Below, one piece after another: positions 13,515 to 25,909 of a DNA stretch of 64,000 bases; position 1 is the first letter of the stretch; the number at the start of each line of letters is the position of its first letter. The position numbers and the translations under genes were made by a program. This DNA comes from Octopus vulgaris (lineage: Eukaryota). The stretch is taken from the NCBI GenBank assembly GCA_951406725.2, contig OX597827.1, positions 65,782,001-65,846,000 of the forward strand. The letters are read 5' to 3'. The notes below the pieces were generated by a model, which was given only the letters and a program-made list of their open reading frames with translations, was not told the origin of the DNA and did not search any database.

Positions 13515-14759
13515 TCACATATATGTATATATCATACATATCTATACATATTGATATGTAAGTATTTATGCCTTAGTATTTATATATGTGTGTTTATGTG
13601 TAGTATTTTTTGTTTTACAAAAGGTTACCTTCTATTAAGTATGTACTTACGCAACAATAAATGCAAAATATTCGTTTTTGATCATACACAGTGTTGTAAG
13701 TTACATAAGCAGCACTTCATCGTAAAAGCTTTTTTTTTTCAACTTGCTTAGAAAAATAAACGGAACAAAAAATAAAAAAAAAAATAAAAATACAAAAAGC
13801 AAACAAACAAGTAATGCGTGTATCAAATACGCCCATGAAATTGTATAGTTGATTGCTGTTTATTTCTTATATGTGACTGTTTCTGGCGGGGGGTGCTTAT
13901 GACACAGGTATATATGCAATTATTAGATTGTGATTCTCGACATTGTTTGTGTTTTTATCGGTGAAGTGCAGCAGAAGAATATATAATGTGTCCATCACGG
14001 ATCAATACAGTACAAAGCACAATTTGAAATTACTTAGCAGTTCGTAGTTCAAATTAGTCTATGATACTTTATAGCTTATTGATGTTTACATAGTAGTTTT
14101 TTTCCCCTGTATATATGTACGTGTCTTTTTTCCTTCTGTTTGTGTATGTATGAAAACGTTGATGTATCATTATCTGCTTAGTGCTTATATGTAGCTAACA
14201 TCCGCTTCAAACTATCTTTTTCCGTAAATGATTTAACGACGTAGTGCAAAGTGTGAATACATAACGTATGATATTAAGTGCATTCCAAATATTGAGGCCA
14301 CATAACAGCGCGGTTAAGCTGACGGACTCATGATCATATGTCCGTTGGTTCGAATCTTAAACCAAGCAGCACGTTCTGTTCTTATGTCCACTTGATGCTG
14401 TTCTAGGCCATACAAATAAGCTAAATGCTAGCCAAATGCCAATCTATCTATTTCCCTTTCTAGGCTCTACGTTCTTGATGAAGGGTAGGAAAGCCGAGTG
14501 AATGTGAACGTATGGTCATAGGCGTGTAAAACATCAACCAGTTCATGTTTTCTAGTCCTGCTGACTTCTTAGTGTTGGATATTTACGATTGGAGACACAC
14601 CTCGAAGACGCTTTCTTCAGGGAGAGATAAGAAAATACAATGAGCAATTTTAACTCGGTATAAACAATGAACGGGAGACAATATGCTTATAAGCAGAGAT
14701 TAGCATTACAGGACATTTTGGAACCAGGAACACTCGATGCTCAGGTGTCTTGGACTAGT

Positions 14760-15068
14760 GGAAGCGCCATCCAACCAAAATGCAAATATATGGGAAACTA
14801 CTACCTGTGTCAGCTCTTGTGAAAGGTAGGAAAGTCCAGTTTGCTGGACGTTGTTGTAGAGCTGAAAAAGAGGTAATTTCTACTCTTCTCCTCTGGAAGC
14901 CATCTGCTCGCGATACCAGAGGGCGCACACTCTCCTATCCTGATGTAATATCCAGGGATACAGGCATCCAGCAACAGGACCTCCGTAATGCCATGATGGA
15001 CCGTGAAGTCTGGCGTAGCATGGTAAATTCCATTGTCTCGACCACGGTCGAACAACAATGATGATGAT
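14760..15068 (+). mobile_element. RTE-group LINE 3' end
   Basis: QFAGRCCRAEKEVISTLLLWKP..RGRTLSYPDVISRDTG..LRNAMMDREVWR; (ATG)n tail. Confidence 0.8.
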
Positions 15069-15424
15069 TGGAGTAGTTGCAAATTAAAAAAAGAGATACC
15101 GCAAGGAATGTATCGCGAGTTGCTGTGAAAGCAAGCCATATGATCTGGCCCAAGAGAGAGAAGGCTAGTGATGCGGCAAGACCAAAAATCTCTCCTAGAG
15201 TCGCCACAACTGATTCAATAAAGCTCATGCTATGGTTATGGACTTTTGTCGCCAAAGTCGACGGATGCTTACTCCCACCCACCTCCGATTGTTCTGGGGT
15301 TACTTTTGGGAGTCCGAAACACTCCAGAGATGCTTCACCGCCTGAATGAACATTGAATCTTCCATTCAAATACAATGTATAGCTGCTCACTTAGCACAGA
15401 AACTTTTAAATTAAATGGACAAGT

Positions 15425-15657
15425 CTTTTCTTTTAATCTTTTAAGCTTTAACTTGTTTCAGTCATTTGACTGCGGCCATGCTGAGGCACCGCCTTTAGTC
15501 GACCAACTCGACCCCAGGACTTATTCTTTGTAAGCCTAGTTCTTATTCTATCGGTGTCTTTTGCCGAACCGCTAAGTTACGGGGACGTAAACACACCAGC
15601 ATCGGTTGTTAAGTGATGTTGGTGGGGAGGGGGGACAAAACACAGACACACAAACAT

Positions 15658-15696
<39 letters not shown>

Positions 15697-15814
15697 CATA
15701 CGACGGGCTTCTTTCAGTTTCCGTCTACCAAATCCACTCACAAGGCTTTGGTCGGCCCCAGGCTATAGAATTAGACATTTGCCTTAGACACACTAACACA
15801 GACACACTAACACA

Positions 15815-15890
<76 letters not shown>

Positions 15891-16057
15891 TACGACGGGC
15901 TTCTTTCAGTTTCCGTTTTATCAAATCCACTCACAAGGCTTTGGTCGGCCCGAGGCTATAGAAGAAGACACATGCCCAAGATGCCACGCAGTGGGGCTGA
16001 ACCCGGAACCATGTGGTTGCTAAACAAGCCACTTACCACACAGCAACTCCTGCGCCT
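15425..16057 (-). mobile_element. SINE family A with internal duplication
   Basis: Central TACGACGGGCTTCTTTCAG segment present twice (~15700 and ~15890). Confidence 0.85.
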
Positions 16058-16419
16058 GTATACGTTATACAATTTATTATATGTGTTGAAGAAAAATATT
16101 GTTTTATATTAAGAAAATTTCATTTCATGCCCAATGTCCTTTGCCACCATATATTACTTTACAAATAACTATTTCTCAGGCTCTTCATAGTCTCTTGACA
16201 CAAAATTCATCTTCTAAAAGAGAGTTGTTATCGTGGAATTTTCAAAATTTGAAATTGTTTAATTGTTTCTCTTCATAGTTTCCGTTTTAATTTCTCTAGT
16301 ACGGTACACGTGTGTTTATTTTGGGTATGCATAATGCTATTGATTATGTAGCCATGAGCAATCACTATAATTATTGCTATCATTTATTATTTGTCTCCTT
16401 ATGGTTATTGTTATTCAGT

Positions 16420-16509
16420 ACCTATCCATCATCATCATAATCGCCGTAGTCGTCGTCGTCGTCGTTGTTAATATTATTCTTGTTGTTGTTGTTATTATTA
16501 TTATCATCA

Positions 16510-16590
<81 letters not shown>
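16420..16590. repeat. Compound (ATC)/(GTC)/(GTT)/(ATT)n microsatellite
   Basis: Seen directly. Confidence 0.95.
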
Positions 16591-16592
<2 letters not shown>

Positions 16593-16766
16593 TAGTCTTA
16601 TTTTTATCTCAAGTGTTTGAATTGCGAAGGTTACAGTGTTCATTGTTGCAATGATATTTTATATTACATTGGTTGCCTAACGCTTACTCTTTGAACGTTT
16701 ATCGACGCGATCTTAGATTGATTTAAAATGTCTCACATCCTGAGGTTTTCCTTATATTTTCTGTCG

Positions 16767-17179
16767 CTTTTACTCTTTTACTCTTTTACTTGTTTCAGTT
16801 ATTTGATTGCGGCCATGCTGGAGCACCATCTTTAGTCGAGCAAATCGACCCCAAAACTTATTCTTTGTAAGCCTAGTACTTATTCTATTGGACTCTTGCG
16901 CCGAACCGCTAAGTTACAGGGACGTAAACACACCAGCATCGGTTGTCAAATGATGTTGGTGGGGGGATAAACATAGACAAACAGACACACACAAATACAT
17001 ACATATACATATATACGAAGGGCTTCTTTCAGTTTCTGTCTACCAAATTCAATCACAAAGCTGTGGTCGGCCTGAGGCTATAGTGGAAGACACTTGTCCA
17101 ACGTGCCACGCAGCGGGACTGAAATCGGAACCGTGTGGTTGCTAAGCAAGCTACTTACCACACAGCCACTGCTGCGCCT
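16767..17179 (-). mobile_element. SINE family A, full length
   Basis: Head to tail match. Confidence 0.9.
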
Positions 17180-17569
17180 ATTAATGTTAATGTCTGTTAA
17201 TATTTCTATGATACATTTTAATTTTATTTATTGAGTATTTTCTGTTAACCACAAATTAATCCATTCTGAACATCCAGGAAATATCTGTATATTAGACTCG
17301 TCTTCCTGGCATTTACTGATTTTTGATTTATCATTTTGGCCACCATTTCTGTATGAATTTATGCCATGTTTTTCTGATTATTGAGCAGGGTTTCTTCCAT
17401 TCTTAATATTTTGTTATTTGAAAGCGCTTCAGATTCTAAAATCACCTCATCTTTCTTTCACGTAGACAAGGAATGTGAATTATTATTTTAAGTAGAAATA
17501 GCATTAGTATCTCCGTGCCTGTGTAGACATTTGTGGATGTAATTCATACACACTAAGGGTTATTCTTTA

Positions 17570-17960
17570 TTCTTTTGCTTGCTTCAGCCTTTTGATCACA
17601 GCCATGCTGGAGCACCGGCTTAAAGTGTTTTTCTGTCGAAGAAAACGACCGAACTCAGCACTTATTCTTTGTAAGCCCGGTACTTATTATATCTGTTCTT
17701 TTGTCTCGAACTGCTAGGTTACGAGGTTGTCAAGTGGTGATGGGGGCAAAAACACAAACACAAAGACACATACACAAAAATAAAGAAATATAAACATACG
17801 GCAGTCTTCTTTGAGCTTCCGTCCGCCAAACCCATTCACTAGGCTTTGAACGACCCGACACTATAGTAGTAGACACTTGCCTAAAGTGTCACAGAGAGGG
17901 ACTGAACCCGGAACCATGTGGTTGGGAAGCAGGTTTCTTACAACACAACCACGCCTGCGA
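17570..17960 (-). mobile_element. SINE family A, diverged
   Basis: Head to tail similarity with many substitutions. Confidence 0.75.
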
Positions 17961-19601
17961 CTAGTTTTTATTAACTTGACCGAAGTTTTTACACCGCATA
18001 ATGAGATAACATTAAATGTTGAAGTCTTCTTAGAATTCTGCTGAACTGCAAAGTTAATAATGGAATTAAATTTCGAAGTCTTCTATATCTCTACGCGCAT
18101 GTTCTGGATTTGCCATGAAAATAGTTCTTAACAGACCCAATCTACGTTGAATTTCTTGTGGTTTATTTTTTAGAAATACCTCTTTGTGAAATAATGATTA
18201 TCTTGCCAGTGAGAAGAAGCAGAAGTCGGTGCGTTATAAGTACTAGTGGATCGAACTCAGTCAACTGAGTCTCCAATAAATATTTCAGATGTGTCTATAC
18301 AATATAATAGCTTTTAGTAGAATAACATCGAAATCGTGAAGCTACCAGTTACTTTAGGAATATATTTATAGACGCATATTCAGAAAAATAAGAACGAATT
18401 CCGTTGTATAATGAGAGGGCACATTCTACAAAATATTAATAAGGGGCTTAATTAGAGAATACCGTCCAAAGGAACTTCTTTCCCTACATTTGTGATTACT
18501 ATTTCAGTATTGGCTTTACTAATATATATCGTAAACACCAATACATGAAATAAAATATGTAATTATTTATAAGTGAGTTGGGGAGAAAAATTTCGTTCTT
18601 ATATGTTGTCAGTATTGATTCAATACGTTCTGTTGTCAGAACTGTAATAGAATTCAGAATGAAATTGCGTTAATATCTGCTTATGATTTTTCTTTATATT
18701 CAATCTTATTCTGTATTGTTACTTTTTATAACGAACGGAATCTGCGAAAAAAATCTTACTATATAATTATCTGAGTGGACATACTTCTCGGCAAATTTTC
18801 AGAATAGAAAATGACATGTTTTTCCCGCTCTGCCGCATCAGTACATTTAGTAAGGATATAAAAAACAACTATAATGAATTACATGTGAAACCCACTGCTT
18901 TTCCTGGACGCCAAAAGAAAGAAAGAAAGAAACATATTCGATATGTGCTAGAATCCCTTCAAATCTACGATCTAGACATCTGCATACATAACGAAAAGAA
19001 TCAGCTGACACCTTGAGGTCACTAGAAGCCATCATTATACTCTCTGTAATATATGTCACACACTTTTCGTATTAGACAATGAACTTTACGGTGGGGTCAG
19101 TCAGCCGATTACCTGGAATATAGTATTTGAAGAGTACTTTATAGATGGAAGGCAATGTTAAAGTGTGTAAAGAGTATGAAACAATATTCTTATATACTTT
19201 CAATCATAGCTTAATCAGAAACAATAAAAATTCAGTTCTATATTTAAGAGATGAGGAATTATGTACATTAGTTACATTATTTGGATTATTTACACTTGAC
19301 TGATATTTGTCCTCATCTTGTTTGTTAACACGTTTCGGCTGATATACTCTCCATATTTCATCATGTGTCTTGGGTAAATTTTAACTTCATCCCCACCTCA
19401 TAGGGGTGGGGATGAATTTAAAACAATAATCATAGATAGAATACCACTGGAAAATACGAAAACTAAAAGAAGCAGCACATATGCTAGGACACAACAACGT
19501 CCTAAGCAGACCGAGTGCAGATATGAATAGCATATGGGAACCGGTATTAAGGAATGATATTAGTTTTATAAGGCATAAAATTTCACTCCATAATTACCCA
19601 C

Positions 19602-19674
19602 GGGCATATGGCACAGTGGTTAAGAGCGCGGGCTATTAACCCCAAGATTCCGAGTTCGATTTCAGGCAGCGACC
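19602..19674 (+). other. tRNA-Asn-like Pol III head inside the Penelope 3' region (not a functional tRNA)
   Basis: TGGCACAGTGG A box, GGCTATTAACC anticodon arm (tRNA-Asn has GGCTGTTAACC), GAGTTCGATTT B box; acceptor stem does not pair. Confidence 0.7.
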
Positions 19675-19724
19675 TGAATAATAATAACCCCGAAAAATAC
19701 CTTAGGAATGAGAAATTTCCCCAA

Positions 19725-19770
19725 AACACCTGATGAAGGCTGGAGGGTATATCAGCCGAAACGTTGTGTT
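19725..19770 (+). ncRNA. Minimal type I hammerhead ribozyme
   Basis: AACAC-CUGAUGA-A-GGCUG gagggtatat CAGCC-GAAA-CG-UU-GUGUU; palindromic ACGU in place of helix III. Confidence 0.85.
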
Positions 19771-20368
19771 GACAACGAAGAAGATGAGGACAAATATCCG
19801 TCAAATGTAAATGATAAAAATTCACTTTCAAATATTTTTAAAATACATTAAGCATTATATTCCGACATTATATCTTGATCGAATTTCTGTTCATATTATC
19901 TCATAGTGACATAGTTCATTGCCTATTTTAGTATTTCAGCGAATCAGTGAATTAGTAAAGCGTATCCCTTTAATTCTAGAAAAATCTACGTAGAAATAAT
20001 AGAAATGATAGCCTGATACGAATGTAATTTCAACACAGACAATATTACAGGTAATAGAAAACATCCAGATGTAACTCAGAAAATAATATTACTTTTATAA
20101 AATATATTTTACCTCCATGTTAAATATAATGGGTGTATGTAAGAAATATGAAACAATAAAGGTAAAAAAGATTGTGTACTTTTATATAGACACAATATAT
20201 GAAAGAAGTTTTAAATATCTTTATTACTACTTGAGAATGCATTTTGTATTGTTATGGATTTTCTCAGACACCCTTCGTATATGTTGGTAATTCAATATAG
20301 TTTTGTCTGTGGTGATACATTTCCCAAAATAACTTTTAAATATGTGTATATGTATATTTGCGCTAATA

Positions 20369-20602
20369 CTTATTTCTTTACTACCCACAAGGGGCTAAAC
20401 ACAGAGAGGACAAACAAGGACAAACAAACGGATTAAGTCGATTATATCGATCCCAGTGCGTAACTGGTACTTAATTTATCGACCCTGAAAGGATGAAAGG
20501 CAAAGTCGACCTCGGCGGAATTTGAACTCAGAACATCACGGCAGACGAAATACGGCTACGCATTTCGCCCGGCGCACTAACGTTTCTGCCAGCACGCCGC
20601 CT
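20369..20602 (-). mobile_element. SINE family B, single full copy
   Basis: 14-bp TSD TATTTGCGCTAATA at 20355-20368 and 20603-20616. Confidence 0.9.
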
Positions 20603-22065
20603 TATTTGCGCTAATAATTGATAGCAAAATGTATGTGTATCAACGAGGGCTCTTTTATTTGTATTTTAATAGCAAGGCTAAAGCAACAAGAACATTGTCT
20701 ATGACATGTTATGATGTGTCCGTGACTCCTGGTTGGAAAGGAAACATTTTTTGCTAAGTGCGGAGATAACCTAAATACTTCCAGAGAGTGGACGCCGCAA
20801 AAAAACTGTCCAGTGGTCATAAGTTCTACCAAGCTAGACTAAAACACTCTCTACGACGAGTTCCCACATTAATTTCGCTTTTCAAATCCCACTCGTAATG
20901 CTTAACCTTTTTTCCAATCTGCAGTAAAAACGTTTCAAGAAAAATACCGAAGAATATGATTGACAACGAAATCGCACCGGTGCGAAACGAATATATTAAT
21001 CAGCCATCCATATCTGTTTCCTGCGTTACTGTATTTCGTTAAATGCGAATACAGTATGGGAATATATTCGGCTCTAAACGTTTTATAGTAATCGATATAT
21101 GGACGAAATTGTGTTTCTTATCTACATATGTGAATATATATATAACGGTGTTTCCACTGAATTTCGTTTTCCGTCAAATTGATTTCGGTTTTAGTAATTG
21201 TTTTTATATGAACCGTACTTCACACAGGAGATTACATGGTGAATATAACTGGGCATTTCATTTTATTACCATATAAATTGCTAATGCGTCAATATTATAT
21301 TTAGTGTAGCAGGACATATAAAACGAAAAACAAAACAAACGAAAATCTTCGTTAAGGCTTGCTCTTAAATATTGATAAATAAACAGAGGCGTTAGGTTTC
21401 AGAACTATATAACGCACGGATCTATAATCTTCTGCAAAGAAGTAAAATGATATGAAGCAAAAATTACACGGATAAAAATAAAGAATTAAATAATACAATA
21501 TCATAAAAACGCTGAAGAACGGATATGATCGATGTGACTTCTGAATAATGACAGTGATATAAAAAATAACTGTGGGATGTATGAACAGTGTGTCTATATA
21601 TTTATATATATTTATATAGTTTTGGGATTCCAATGATGATTATGAACAAATATATGAATAATAAAATATTTAAGGCAGCATTAATATATTTAGACAAATG
21701 ACAAAGAGAGAGAGAGAGAGAGAAAGAAGAAAGCAGTGAAGAGAGCTTTATGCACAAAAGAAAAATAATTACGCAGAGAGAAATGCTAAAAGTCCTAACC
21801 AGTCTCTGATAATATTTTAAGTAATTCATCAAAATGTAAAGAACGCTGAACAAATATAAAGTATTCCAGACATATTCGAATAGAAAATTCATATTTTTTG
21901 ATAATTTGTTATTCAGAGACGACATCTTCAGGAAACGTAATTGGTAAATGAGAATAGTGTTAATAACATTATGTCTAATGAGAAAATAAATAAGGTAAAC
22001 AATTTATTTACAATATTTACATCATTTACATTTGACGGATATTTGTCCTTATCTTGTTTGTTGTT

Positions 22066-22111
22066 AACACAATGTTTCGACTGATATACCCTCCAGCCTT
22101 CATCAGGTGTC
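22066..22111 (-). ncRNA. Minimal hammerhead motif (homolog of 19725-19770)
   Basis: GACAC-CUGAUGA-A-GGCUG..CAGUC-GAAA-CA-UU-GUGUU; palindrome broken by CG>CA. Confidence 0.7.
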
Positions 22112-22181
22112 TTGGGGAACTTTCGAACTTGGATTCTCATTCCTAAGGTATTTTTGGATGTTGTTGTTATTATTTTTATTA

Positions 22182-22237
<56 letters not shown>

Positions 22238-22764
22238 GAGTGAGAGAGCAGTGCATGCCATCAAAGTGACACTGGGGTAAAATATACGAAGCCCAGTATA
22301 CCCATCATGACTACCCGTCTGATAAGGGTACACTAGGCACATGCATCACAACCATATGTGCGCGACATGGTGATCTCATATCAAGATAAACAGCACAATG
22401 ACCTTGCAGGTTGAGTAATCCATCCCACTCGAAAGGTCCCTGAATAAGGGTTGTTTAAGGATGTTGAACGAAACACCCATGTTTCTAGAGGTGAATTATT
22501 CAAACCCCAAAGAATCCCTCTCAACACATGGCTATGATGCTCCCCCACTACTTCTGCTCGTGATCAGAGATGCACATATCGTCAGCCACCAAGAGACATG
22601 CTCAACTGTTTAAGGTCAAACAACTGACAAGCAAATCTGTGGTTTTGAGCAGGATATTTGCTGTAGCCCATCTTTTATACCAAGACAAAACAATGTACAT
22701 GATAACACTTCCAATCTGTTAAGATCAGAAGCCATGAGAGCCACTGCCTGTACTGCATCAGGGC

Positions 22765-22766
<2 letters not shown>
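22238..22766. mobile_element. Unclassified ~530-bp repeat embedded in (ATT)n
   Basis: Flanked on both sides by (ATT)n; partial homolog at 49615-49755, also in an ATT-rich tract. Confidence 0.65.
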
Positions 22767-22849
<83 letters not shown>

Positions 22850-23082
22850 GTTGTTGTTGTTATCATTATATTATTCAGGTCACTGACTGGAATCGAACTA
22901 GGAATCTTGGGGTTAAAAGCCCGCACTCTTAATCCCTACGCCATAGGTCCATGTTAACAACAAACAAAATGAAGACAAATATCCGTCAAATGTAAATAAT
23001 ATACGTAACTCCTCATCTCTTAAATATAGAACAATTTATTTATTCGAAATATATATATATGCACACACACATATGTGTATAT

Positions 23083-23116
<34 letters not shown>

Positions 23117-23153
23117 GTTTGTGCATGTGTGTATTTATATATATGTAAATATG

Positions 23154-23207
<54 letters not shown>

Positions 23208-23531
23208 TATATATATATATATATATACTCACTCACACATCTATTTATCTATGTACGTGTTTATGTAGTTATTGTCTATGGGCATAAATATTTTTCCTTT
23301 CATAAATATGAATATTAATCAGTGGATACACATATGCAGACGTATAGGAAGTCAATAATTCATTGAAATTGAATATACCATGGTTTTTAAAATTAAACCG
23401 GAAGGGAAGCTCCGCAGATGCCATCTCGAAATGTTTATATTTCAAGAACTGTCATTTTGTATGTTTACCCTCGCAGCAAATATGTCGACATGTATGTGCG
23501 GATGTGAATGACCCTACGTATGAATGCATAC

Positions 23532-23570
<39 letters not shown>

Positions 23571-23651
23571 CATACAGACACACATACATATATATACATA
23601 CATACACACACATATATACACACATACATAGATGCATACATACACACACAA

Positions 23652-23694
<43 letters not shown>

Positions 23695-24685
23695 CATATA
23701 CACACTATACATACATGCACGTATACCATCTATATGGGCGTGTATTTTTGTAGGTATACACATCAACATGTTTTCTCGTTCGTTCTTGAGAGTTTGATAT
23801 TGTGTATGTATAAACATATTTATTTAGTAAAGATAACTTTACATGCTTATTAGCCTCAAGTACTTAAATAACTTTATATACGTATTTCCCTATGTTGAGC
23901 ATATTTATCGTAAATGGGTATCATGACATATTTACATTTGAGAAAATTTTTCTATCTACATGTGTATCTAGAAAAAAATGTGTTTTAAAGGATGCAGACA
24001 CACTTGGATGTCAAAGTGGTGTAAATATTTATGTAGCAGTGATTTTTTCCTATTTTATACATAACAAAAGTTATTCTGAAATAAATATAAATATTATAAA
24101 ACGTCGCTGTACCTGAAACTAAAACGTAAGTGTATACATTCTATGCGATTCATATGCATCAAATATATAGGGTCGTATTCTTTGGGCCTTTTCCACAGTT
24201 CAAGACCACTCACGAGTAAAAACGAAAAAGGGCTTGTCTTCCTAGGCAATAATACGATTATCCAGCTGTAAATTGTAAGATCACTTAATATGTATAAAAA
24301 TCAAAATTGGGTAATCATTTTAAACTATATTTATGAATAGCGAAACTGTATTTATTAGGGATGAGACAGAATTCTTACAGTATGAGCACATTTACAAAAT
24401 TGATATTAGTAATTTCAACTGGTGTATTACTTTTGCTTGACTGCTAGTTTCAGATACTTGGAACTTCTGCCGGTGCAAAATAGAAGTCCTTAGACAAATA
24501 TATGTGCGTGTGTGCGTGCGTGTGTATGTGTGTATGTATACATATCTATACGTGTGTGCGTGTGTAAATGAATATAAAGAGCTTTGTGCAATATGATACA
24601 AAAAAAAAAACTTTTATCATCCCTGATTGTAACTGAAGGTGCTGAAGCACATACATTGCTAGAAAAACTCTTAATGCCTAATATA

Positions 24686-24790
<105 letters not shown>

Positions 24791-25225
24791 TCATATCTTG
24801 ATAATACTAAAACTCTAGGAATGTGTGTATGTAAGTGAAATACCCTAGAAATTGTATATTTTATCTTATATTTTTTTTACATATTTATTTTCATATTACT
24901 CTCCGGCTGTGGAGTACAGATTTTTGTGATATTTGGACGTCTATTTAAACGATTAAACAGAATTTTTGTTTCTTATTCTTGACAAAAAATACATGGCTAC
25001 CGGGACGTCAATGCATATATAATGAATGACATGATGTGTCAACCAACGCAAACACACGCCCACTGTGGCATATATATATACATTGTCCATGCGCTCTCTA
25101 AGGAAAAAGAAAAGGCATCGACTATTTGGTGTACTCAATATTTTAATCCTTTAGAAATATTTTTAACTGAATGTGATTTCATCATCCGGATTTCGTTAAT
25201 TTCCGTAAAAATATAATTATAAAAT

Positions 25226-25622
25226 TACATTTGTTTTAAGATGAAAGAGAGGAGAAAGTGAAAGATGTGTGTACGTGTATATGAATTGGACATGTGTGTG
25301 TGAAAGAGAGAGAGAGAAAGTGATAGAGAAAGAGAGAGTGGGGAGAAGGGGTATGTTGTCATGTATTCGTACATACATTAATACATATGCATACACATTT
25401 TTTGTATGCATGTGTGCATGTGTGTGTGTGAGAGAGAGAGAGAGCAAGTGAGAGAGAGAGAGAGTGCGTATGCGTGTGTAAGTGAATGTGTGTGTTCTCA
25501 TCCATGTGTAAGTGGGTGCGAACACATACATACACTCTCTCTCTCAAACACACACGTCCATTTCATGCACACGTTCGTACATATTTCACTTTTTCCTCTC
25601 TTTCACTTTAAAACAAAAGTAA
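25226..25622. repeat. Diverged ~90-bp inverted repeat pair (MITE-like)
   Basis: 25226-25318 approximates the reverse complement of 25536-25622. Confidence 0.6.
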
Positions 25623-25840
25623 CAGGTGATATTCAGGATAAAAATTGTTCTAAATATTGTTATTGAACAAAAGCTTCTACTCAGGTAAATTGATTACAAT
25701 TGTTTGGATAGTTTCAATTGAATAAGTCCAGAAGTTAGGTTAAATACATATAAATGCATAAGTACTGTGAATTCCCATTCTACACACAGACAAGCAATTC
25801 CGTGAATAATTTATCAGGCACTTCCGGGTAGTAAGTCTAG

Positions 25841-25907
<67 letters not shown>

Positions 25908-25909
<2 letters not shown>

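Larger units (their letters stand above)
19233..19820 (+). mobile_element. 5'-truncated Penelope-like element: inverted pLTR, GIY-YIG C-terminal remnant, tRNA-like segment, HHR
   Basis: ~19290-19380 is an inverted, diverged copy of ~19715-19815, extended by a tail (19233-19290); 19411-19560 translates DEFKTIIIDR/YHWKIRKLKEAAHML..LSRPSADMNSIWEPVL, like the Penelope GIY-YIG end (R..KEA..I...W.P.L). Confidence 0.8.
22004..23030 (-). mobile_element. ORF-less copy of the tRNA+HHR element with inverted tail (22952-23030)
   Basis: tRNA-like head ~22876-22949, expanded (AAT)n, HHR and tail, all homologous to 19602-19820. Confidence 0.8.

Noticed and set aside
19602-19674. Functional tRNA gene (also applies to the SINE heads)
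   Set aside because: Acceptor stem does not pair, anticodon is mutated and the sequence is embedded in a repeat
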